Virus record (IMG/VR): IMGVR_UViG_3300021431_004524
Location: 96,001 to 160,000 of that record
DNA length: 64,000 nucleotides
DNA from: a virus
Taxonomy: Duplodnaviria > Caudoviricetes
Strand: one strand, 5' to 3'
Shown: one piece after another, positions 41,125-47,849 of the stretch
How the letters are laid out: each line of letters begins with the position of its first letter
Numbering within the stretch: the first letter of the stretch is position 1
Position numbers and translations under genes: made by a program
Notes under the pieces: model-generated
What the model was told of the DNA's origin: nothing
The model's input: only the letters and a program-made list of their open reading frames with translations
The model's database searches: none

Positions 41125-41196
41125 GCAGTATTCGTATAGTGGTTATTACACCTGCTTGCCATGCAGGAGACGAAGTTTCGATTACTTTATACTGCT
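41125..41196 (+). tRNA. tRNA-Gly(GCC)
   Basis: CCTGC-TTGCCAT-GCAGG, U73. Confidence 0.9.
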
Positions 41197-41204
41197 CTAA
41201 TTAA

Positions 41205-41685
41205 TAGAAATTGACGATATAAGTTGAAATTAATTCAGCAATGTTGATGCAATGAAGATTATCATTGAAATCTGAGTTTATGCAGCGGTGGCCAGGTAAT
41301 TGCATCAGTAGTGGGTCAAACGACACTATGGTCAAATTGTTGGATTTACTTGCAGGGATTTCGACTTTTTTATGGAGAGTAAGGTGGCGCACTCCGCCGG
41401 AATAAAACGTCACGCTTATAAGTTGGAATTTTTAAATGCCTATTAGGACACCGAAAGGGTCGGGAGTAGATTTCATCCAAAAATTCGTATGAGGATTTCG
41501 AAAGGGTATTTAATCTTCGAAGGATTTCAACTTTTTTGATATGGTTTTATTCTGACTTCGAGTAATGGCAATTCGGCAGAAAGCATTTGTAGGTTGTTAG
41601 ATGCTATAGAGTGATAATGGTTGGAGTCCATAATGTCGTTTTGTGTTATCTACTGCTTGGAGAACTCTAATTAAAACTATTTTTG
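41205..41685 (+). ncRNA. unidentified large structured ncRNA candidate
   Basis: long-range helix AAGTTGAAAT/ATTTCAACTT, TGATGCAAT/ATTGCATCA; no plus-strand ORF; between tRNAs. Confidence 0.45.
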
Positions 41686-41700
41686 CTTTATTATATAAAT

Positions 41701-42226
41701 GGAGACATAAGCCTAATTGGTAAGGCAGTGGTCTTGAATTTAATTCGAGTGCTATGGCGAGAAATCCCATAGTAGAATCTCCCTAAAACGGTGGAATTCC
41801 TTAAATAATAAGATACACTTATCTTACTACTTGTCAAATATTTAAGTGTATAATACTCGAAATTGAAATTAGAGGTGACTCCGAACCACAACGTTTAGTA
41901 ATTCCATAAAAATTAGACAAGGGAATTAATGTGGATTAACGTACTTATTATTTCAGAGACAGTTTATGCTTTAACTATAGTTCAAATACTGCATGAACAT
42001 TAAGAGAACACTACACTAACCAATAATGTGTAAGGATAATACCGTTCGAAAATAACTTATATCGGGTGGGTAAACTCTCTACAGAAGTGATGGTAATAAG
42101 GGGAGAGGATAAGTTATGAACGTGTAGAGACTGAACGGGAGATACCTAAGTTGAAATTAAAGGCATCACAATAGTGCGTGTCAGGCTTGCAAGCATTTCA
42201 ATATGGTAATAATAAACTGTCTTCCA
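41701..42226 (+). pseudogene. tRNA (Ser-like) pseudogene with truncated group I intron
   Basis: tRNA 5' half to U34, P1 with U-G, P (AAAACGGTGGAA), Q (AATACCG), R (GTAGAGACTGAACGGG); S element and most of tRNA 3' half not found; acceptor 3' strand TGTCTTC remains. Confidence 0.7.
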
Positions 42227-42230
42227 TTAA

Positions 42231-42320
42231 GGAGGGGTAACCGGTGTGGTATACCGGCGCGGTCTTGAAAACCGTTGGTTCGTGTAACAAGCGAATGGGA
42301 ATCGTGCTCTCACCCCTCCG
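42231..42320 (+). tRNA. tRNA-Ser(TGA)
   Basis: GCGGT-CTTGAAA-ACCGT, long variable arm, G73. Confidence 0.85.
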
Positions 42321-42382
42321 CGTTTTTTTTTTTGTAAAACATCAACAAGAAGAGAAAAATTCTTAATAATGGTTGGACTAAA

Positions 42383-42469
42383 GGAGAGTGAACCTGTCGG
42401 GGATAGGGGCTGTCTGCTAAACAGTTCGTCCGGAGTATTTTGGATGTGGGTCGGGACCACCGCTCTCCG
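42383..42469 (+). tRNA. tRNA-Ser(GCT)
   Basis: GCTGT-CTGCTAA-ACAGT, long variable arm, G73. Confidence 0.85.
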
Positions 42470-42480
42470 CAGAGTTATAT

Positions 42481-42602
42481 GGGCATATGGTGTAATGGAC
42501 TAACACGGCGCAAGCAAGGCGACTCTCACGCTCAGTGGCTTGAGCAACCACAAAAAAGAGAGTGTTGAAGTACAGATTTCGGTTTGAATCCGGATGTGTC
42601 CT
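42481..42602 (+). ncRNA. tRNA-like RNA with anticodon arm replaced by a nested structure
   Basis: acceptor GGGCATA/TGTGTCC, D and T arms present; central ACTCTC-[GCTCAGTGGCTTGAGC]-GAGAGT. Confidence 0.6.
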
Positions 42603-42636
42603 CTAAGTTTAACATTAAAGAAGAAAGGATAGAATT

Positions 42637-43308
42637 ATGGATTCAAGTTGGAAATACCCAAGAACGTTTCACGTCCCGTTCTCAGAAGGGTTACAGAATG
42701 ATGACAGACGTGTTGATGACGATTGGTTTTCCTATTTGAAGGGAAAGGAACTTATTCTTAGCGAAAAATGCGACGGTGAGAATAATTCTATATCTCGTTA
42801 TGGTGTTTATGCTCGTTCTCATGCAGCACCTACAAGGAATCCTTGGTCAATAAACCTATGGGGAAATGACGGACTTTATTGGAGAGTTAAGGATTTGATT
42901 GGTGAAGATGAAATGATTTACGGTGAGAACTTATATGGTGTTCATTCAATTGAATATAACAGGTTGAAGGAATATTTCCATATGTTTGCCGTAAGGGATG
43001 AAGAGAAATGGTATTCTTGGGATGATGTTTCAGAAATGGCACAGATTCTTGATTTGCCGACTGTTCCTGTATTGGAAAGACGTTCATTTGACACTGAGGA
43101 TGAATTAAAGGAACGTGTATTATATTGGATGACGCAAGGCAGTAGGTATGGTGATACTATTGAGGGTGTTGTTATCCGTAATGCAGATAGTTATCCGATT
43201 GATGAGTTTTGCCATAATGTTGTGAAGTATGTACGTAAGAATCATGTTCAGACTGACCAATTTTGGGCAAAGAATTGGAGAAAAGCAAAAATAACGGAAT
43301 ATTATTAA
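42637..43308 (+). CDS. ATP-dependent RNA ligase family protein
   Basis: KYPRTFH, motif I EKCDGEN, GENL, EGVV, KYVR. Confidence 0.85.
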   Translation: MDSSWKYPRTFHVPFSEGLQNDDRRVDDDWFSYLKGKELILSEKCDGENNSISRYGVYARSHAAPTRNPWSINLWGNDGLYWRVKDLIGEDEMIYGENLYGVHSIEYNRLKEYFHMFAVRDEEKWYSWDDVSEMAQILDLPTVPVLERRSFDTEDELKERVLYWMTQGSRYGDTIEGVVIRNADSYPIDEFCHNVVKYVRKNHVQTDQFWAKNWRKAKITEYY

Positions 43309-43327
43309 CAACTTTTAATGAAAAATA

Positions 43328-43359
43328 TTTGTGTATTTCAATGATTATTTGTACTTTTG
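43328..43359 (+). promoter_or_regulatory. Bacteroidota promoter for tnpB
   Basis: TTTG-N20-TACTTTTG. Confidence 0.75.
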
Positions 43360-43383
43360 CACTCAGTTAATGAAAAAAAAATT

Positions 43384-44589
43384 ATGAAAAGAGGTTATAA
43401 GTATCGTATTTATCCAACAGAAGAGCAGAAGAATTATTTTAAGGTATGTTTTGCAGCAAACAGATGGTTTTGGAATTATGCTTTAGATAAAATCAATGCA
43501 CAATATGAAAAAGATAAAACACATTTGTCAGCACAATATAAGATTGCACGTGATTTACCATCCTTAAAAAAAGAGGAAAGTACATGTTGGATTGGGCACT
43601 GTGATGCAATGTCTTTTATTTACACGGCGCAAGCACTTGATGCATCTTTTAAGAAGTTTTTCAAGAAAGAAGGTGGGTTTCCAAAATATAAGTCGGCTAA
43701 ATATGATAATTCTTATACAATACAAATACAAGAAAAAGGTAAAACAATCATTGATTGGGATAAATCAATGATAAGAATAGGTAAAGCCGGCGATGTAAGT
43801 ATTGTTTTGCATAGGAAATTTAATGGGGTTATTAAATCGGTAACAGTTTCCAAGAAGAGTTTTGACTATTACGAAGTTTCACTTCTTGTTGATGATAATT
43901 TCGTCAAGCCGTCCGAAAAACGTATAACTACGTATGATGGTACTGTTGGAATCGACCTTGGGGTAAAATCCGATTCAAATGTAATTTTAACTGATGGCAC
44001 TAAATTTCCTGCAATTGAAGTAGGACGTGAAACTAAACGTATTGCAAGACTTAGACGTAGACTTTCCAAGAAGGAATGGAAAAAAACCGGTGAGAAAAGA
44101 TTTTCCAAAAAATATGGTAAGGAAGTTGATGTAAAAGTTCCCTCCAAGAATTACATAAAGTTAAAGAATCGTATTGCGAAACTTGAAGATGAAATTGTCA
44201 GAAAACGTACTTATAATACGCATATGATTACATCTTATGTCGCTAAGAATCCAAACGTCAATACGGTCTGCATTGAAGATTTGAATGTTAAGGGAATGGC
44301 TAAGAACCATCATATTGCAAAGTCCGTAAGTAATGCGAATATGGGTGAGGTTAAAAGGCAACTTGAATATAAATGTGATTGGAATGGAAAGAATCTGGTT
44401 ACTGTTGACAGATTTTATGCAAGTTCACAAATCTGTTCGTGTTGTGGGTTTAAAAACGAAAAGGTGAAGAATTTGTCGGTAAGACAATGGGTCTGTCCGA
44501 ATTGCGGGGTACATCATGATAGGGATGTGAATGCCGCACTTAATATTAAAAATGAAGGATATAGAATTATAACTGAAGGAAAACAGTGA
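43384..44589 (+). CDS. tnpB: TnpB-family RNA-guided nuclease (candidate CRISPR-associated)
   Basis: YKYRIYPTEEQ N-terminus, RuvC GIDLG / IEDL / DRDVNAALNI intact, CSCC-CPNC Zn finger; no transposase adjacent. Confidence 0.92.
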   Translation: MKRGYKYRIYPTEEQKNYFKVCFAANRWFWNYALDKINAQYEKDKTHLSAQYKIARDLPSLKKEESTCWIGHCDAMSFIYTAQALDASFKKFFKKEGGFPKYKSAKYDNSYTIQIQEKGKTIIDWDKSMIRIGKAGDVSIVLHRKFNGVIKSVTVSKKSFDYYEVSLLVDDNFVKPSEKRITTYDGTVGIDLGVKSDSNVILTDGTKFPAIEVGRETKRIARLRRRLSKKEWKKTGEKRFSKKYGKEVDVKVPSKNYIKLKNRIAKLEDEIVRKRTYNTHMITSYVAKNPNVNTVCIEDLNVKGMAKNHHIAKSVSNANMGEVKRQLEYKCDWNGKNLVTVDRFYASSQICSCCGFKNEKVKNLSVRQWVCPNCGVHHDRDVNAALNIKNEGYRIITEGKQ

Positions 44590-44597
44590 ATAAAAAA

Positions 44598-44760
44598 CCC
44601 TACCCAGGTGTATCGGGGATGTTAAGTCTGTGGATTACCCTCTAATGGATGAACGTGATTTATCACCTAAAAAGTTATGGTAAGTTGAATCAGAAAAACG
44701 GTTTACAACAAGTAAACGACCACCTAAGAAGCGATTTTTAGGTAACATTTTTAAAAGTAA
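44598..44760 (+). ncRNA. omegaRNA/reRNA-like scaffold (possible tracrRNA)
   Basis: AAGTCTGTGGA...TTGAATCAGAAA core typical of tnpB 3' regions, hairpins CGGTTTAC/GTAAACG and ACCTAAGAA/TTTTTAGGT. Confidence 0.65.
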
Positions 44761-44791
44761 TGTGGCGTAATCAATGCTTTATTGGAAATAT

Positions 44792-45197
44792 GGTGTATGC
44801 TGTATTAAAATGTTAGGTAAATACAACTGGAGTTGGTTGCATCCATTAGCGACAAAGCGGTGTATGTCATATTAAAATGTTAGGCGAATACAACAGGACT
44901 TCAAACCTACCCTCGAAAAGAACGGGTGTATGCCTCATTAAAATGTTAGGTGAATACAACCAGTAGTTAAGAGCCTCTTAAAGCAATGGGGTGTATACCA
45001 CATAAAATGCTAGGTAAATACAACTCAGACAGTCGAATGTTTCTTTGTCCTTTGGTGTATACTACATTAAAATGCTAGGTAAATACAACTTATTTCCTCT
45101 TGTTTCTTCGCTATTGAGGATGTATGTCACATTAAAATGCTAGGTGAATACAACGACCCGCTATCAAGGTCTTCCAATTGTTTGGTGTATGTTACAT
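44792..45197. CRISPR. CRISPR array, 6 full + 1 partial 36-nt repeats, six 29-31 nt spacers
   Basis: consensus GGTGTATRYNNYATTAAAATGYTAGGYRAATACAAC at 44792, 44859, 44925, 44990 (35 nt), 45054, 45119, 45184 (partial); unique spacers. Confidence 0.92.
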
Positions 45198-45211
45198 GAG
45201 ATTTGTATTAC

Positions 45212-45282
45212 TGGACCATGGTGTAATGGTAGCACCACAGATTTTGGTTCTGTCAGTTTCGGTTCGAATCCGGATGGTCCAA
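45212..45282 (+). tRNA. tRNA-Gln(TTG)
   Basis: ACAGA-TTTTGGT-TCTGT. Confidence 0.9.
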
Positions 45283-45288
45283 CTATTT

Positions 45289-45360
45289 TGGAGATTGGTG
45301 TAATTGGCAACACGTGACACTCTGGATGTCAAATTATCAGTCCGAGTCTGGTATCTCCAA
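45289..45360 (+). tRNA. tRNA-Gln(CTG)
   Basis: TGACA-CTCTGGA-TGTCA. Confidence 0.88.
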
Positions 45361-45367
45361 CTAATTT

Positions 45368-45412
45368 GGCTTCATGCCGATACTCGTCCGGGTTCGAGTC
45401 CCGGTGAAGCCA
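45368..45412 (+). pseudogene. tRNA-Leu-derived minihelix (acceptor + T arm only)
   Basis: GGCTTCA/TGAAGCC-A identical to tRNA-Leu 40492; D and anticodon arms absent. Confidence 0.7.
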
Positions 45413-45484
45413 CTAAACAAATAGTCATTTAGTATTGAAAAACTGTTAAACTATATTTATATTAATATTAAATTTAATTAAAAG

Positions 45485-45784
45485 ATGGATGATATACTTG
45501 ACAGATATTTAGATGAAACACTTCTTACTGAGGAAGAGAGACAGAAAGTACAGCAACTTGCCGGTGATTATAATAGATTAGATATGGATTTATTTATAAG
45601 CAGAATTGGGGGTGCTGAAAAGATTGAAGAAATGAGGCGTATCAATGACAAGGCTGATAGAATGTATGTTGTCGATGGCGTAGTACATCATAAATCTGAC
45701 AAAACAAATGAAGATATTGAGGAATGGAAGAAAGGTTTTATGGAAGGATTTGAAGAAGCATACAAAAGATTAAACATGAAATAA
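45485..45784 (+). CDS. hypothetical protein
   Basis: 99 aa ORF. Confidence 0.55.
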   Translation: MDDILDRYLDETLLTEEERQKVQQLAGDYNRLDMDLFISRIGGAEKIEEMRRINDKADRMYVVDGVVHHKSDKTNEDIEEWKKGFMEGFEEAYKRLNMK

Positions 45785-45806
45785 AAGATATATTTATCTA
45801 TAATAT

Positions 45807-46206
45807 GGGGATAACAGGAATTTGACAGCAAGTATGAAATGGTCTGTAAGCATGCAGTGTGAAGACTATTACACCTAAATCAATTGGTCGAACAATTAAT
45901 TGGCGAAACAACTTACGCTCTCGCTGCCTAATCGAAGTACAGTAGGTTACTGGCTTAATTCCCTTACAAGGTGAGGGAACGAGACATCACTTAATGAGTT
46001 ATTTTCTGAGACTTGTTAGTATAGTGGTGCAGGGAAATCAGAAATAGTCGGTCTATGCCTTGATGGATTGATGAAATTTAAAAGGATAAGAATGCAATTT
46101 GGTAGTCCAAGTCGTGTTGCATTATGAAAATCAAAATTGAACTAAGCATGTAGAAAGCATATTGTTTCCTTGTTTGGACGAGGTTTCGATTACCTCTATC
46201 TCCACA
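45807..46206 (+). ncRNA. ssrA: tmRNA
   Basis: GGGGATA/TATCTCC-A acceptor with G3-U, T arm, tag ORF 45902-45931 GETTYALAA*. Confidence 0.95.
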
Positions 46207-46215
46207 AATTAGGAT

Positions 46216-46301
46216 GCCGTTGTACCCGAACTGGTATAGGGGACAGTCTAAGGAACTGTTGCGACGGAAGTTGCGTGAGGGTTCGACTCCCTCCAACGGC
46301 A
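46216..46301 (+). tRNA. tRNA-Leu(AAG)
   Basis: ACAGT-CTAAGGA-ACTGT, long variable arm, A73. Confidence 0.85.
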
Positions 46302-46311
46302 CAAACATGAT

Positions 46312-46463
46312 GGTTCCGTAGCTCAGTTGGATAGAGCAACTGCCTCTACAGAGTAGTTCACTGTGACGAACTTCATTACATGGTATTTAGAATACTTAAC
46401 GGAGCGAAACCGTGTGTAATGGCTCTAAGCAGTAGGTCATGCGTTCGAGCCGCATCGGAATCA
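46312..46463 (+). tRNA. tRNA-Arg(TCT) with 78-nt insert (46346-46423)
   Basis: GGTTCCG/CGGAATC, D loop AGTTGGATA (A20), ACTGC/GCAGT; anticodon depends on insert boundaries. Confidence 0.7.
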
Positions 46464-46497
46464 CAAAATAATTATATTTATAATAAAATAGAGTGAA

Positions 46498-47154
46498 ATG
46501 ACAAATTTTGGTATTCCTGAACGAGTTGGTGAATATGATATAAAAATAGGTGAGTACTCTGTTCATGTAAGTATTCATCAAATGAATGCCCGTATGTCTA
46601 AAATGGATTTGTTGGGTACAAGAGGAACAATTGGTGGAACTAAGAGTATATTAGGACATGATATAACCGTTACTGATAAAGAAGGAAATATAGTTAAAAG
46701 TATAAAGGATATCGATGAAAGATATTTTACTGAATATATGGAATCTATATATAAAGAATATATGGATATAAATCCAGAAAAATTGAGTAATAAACTATAT
46801 AGTTTTATATGTTATGGAAATGGGCGTAGATTATCGATTCCAACAGGAGGGGTTAAAATATCAAGTATAGGCGATAATTTCGTTAAGGTAATATATGCCA
46901 TTGATAAATGGGGTGTTGATATAGATGGACTTATAACTGACCTTACTAACATAGGATGTACAGTAAAGAGACTTAAAGACAAAAATATAAGGTCATTCAG
47001 TTGTTTTGTATTGTCGGTATTAATACCGAAGCAGTTAAGTATAACTGAAGGAATAGTTGGTAAGAGATTGATAAGATTAACGGAATCTAATTTGCGTATG
47101 ATAATAGAAAATTCAGTGAATAGTGTACTGAAAGAAATGAAAATAGGAAAATAA
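46498..47154 (+). CDS. hypothetical protein with C-terminal LTESNLRMIIENSV motif
   Basis: 218 aa ORF. Confidence 0.6.
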   Translation: MTNFGIPERVGEYDIKIGEYSVHVSIHQMNARMSKMDLLGTRGTIGGTKSILGHDITVTDKEGNIVKSIKDIDERYFTEYMESIYKEYMDINPEKLSNKLYSFICYGNGRRLSIPTGGVKISSIGDNFVKVIYAIDKWGVDIDGLITDLTNIGCTVKRLKDKNIRSFSCFVLSVLIPKQLSITEGIVGKRLIRLTESNLRMIIENSVNSVLKEMKIGK

Positions 47155-47189
47155 TTTTTCTTGAAATTTACAATTTTTAACGAAAAAAG

Positions 47190-47259
47190 TTTGGTAGTTT
47201 CAGAAATATGTAGTATCTTTGCACTGTCAAACGATGACAAAGAGTTCTTTAATATATTT
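47190..47259 (+). promoter_or_regulatory. Bacteroidota promoter plus hairpin and boxA-like element for Y-RNA array
   Basis: TTTG-N20-TATCTTTG, TGTCA-aacga-TGACA, AGAGTTCTTTAATATATT. Confidence 0.7.
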
Positions 47260-47282
47260 ATAATGTAGAAAACAAAAAAATT

Positions 47283-47375
47283 ACGAATAGTGATGTGAGA
47301 GTTACTTCGATAAAATAGTGTGGATATTTTCAATCAAAACTCACTCTCGCTGTTTTTCTTTCGTTTTTTTTTTTT
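47283..47375 (+). ncRNA. Y-like RNA copy B (module only, no tRNA body)
   Basis: ACGAA-TAGTGA-TGTGAGAG-TTACTTCGAT ... CTCTCGC-TGTTTTTCT-TTCGT-polyT. Confidence 0.7.
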
Positions 47376-47383
47376 AAGATATA

Positions 47384-47535
47384 AGTTGGTAGTGAAGTTA
47401 AGGGTTACTTCGATTAATTATTGGTTCGAATCCAATAGATTCCGTTTGGGAATTTTGGCGAAAAGGTTAAACGCGAAACACTTGAAATGTTTTTTAGACA
47501 GAAACTCACCCTTGCTGTGATTCTCCAATTTTTTT
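47384..47535 (+). ncRNA. Y-like RNA copy C carrying permuted tRNA-Ser(TGA)-like body
   Basis: module encloses T arm, loop-closed acceptor, D arm, then AAACA-CTTGAAA-TGTTT. Confidence 0.75.
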
Positions 47536-47539
47536 ATAC

Positions 47540-47677
47540 GGGCGTAAAGTTTAGAAAAAGAAATTTACTGAAGGTATTTTCTTTGATTTTTCAATAGTGA
47601 ACTTTACAGTTACTTCGAATGGTTAAAACGTTATCCTGTCAAGATAAAGATTCTGGGTTCGACTCCCAGTACGCCCG
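47540..47677 (+). ncRNA. tRNA-Asp(GTC) with Y-like module (copy D) inserted in its D loop
   Basis: GGGCGTA/TACGCCC-G, TTATC-CTGTCAA-GATAA; module halves in swapped order, capped by TTGA-tttt-TCAA. Confidence 0.75.
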
Positions 47678-47682
47678 CAAAC

Positions 47683-47823
47683 AACAAGTAGTGACAGAAG
47701 AGTTACTTCGATTTTTTAGCTAAGTTGGTTATAGCACAAAACAGTTAATTTTGGTGACCGGGGTTCGAGTCCCCGAAGAATCTATTTTGTAATACTCTTC
47801 TAATTTTCTCTTGTTTTTCTTTT
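47683..47823 (+). ncRNA. Y-like RNA copy E enclosing tRNA-Asn(GTT)-like body (47710-47783)
   Basis: AACAAG/CTTGTT and AGAAGAG/CTCTTCT helices flank a full cloverleaf with loop CAGTTAA. Confidence 0.75.
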
Positions 47824-47849
47824 GAAAGTAGTATGTATTTATAAGAAAT

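Noticed and set aside
39175-42460. Short ORFs across the tRNA cluster (e.g. 39175, 40812, 40997, 42227; also 33441, 47320, 47745)
   Set aside because: They overlap tRNA/ncRNA genes and lack coding features.
43384-44760. Complete autonomous IS605/IS607 element
   Set aside because: No TnpA or serine recombinase and no clear left end; the gene has a phage-style promoter.
45090-45118. Self-targeting spacer (12-nt match to 35528-35539)
   Set aside because: Short AT-rich match expected by chance; remainder does not align.
46312-46463. Amber suppressor tRNA (CTA) and TAG recoding as in Lak phages
   Set aside because: CTA is the first three bases of the insert under the family consensus; the body has Arg identity; long ORFs are intact in code 11 and TAG ends genes (24620, 33384).
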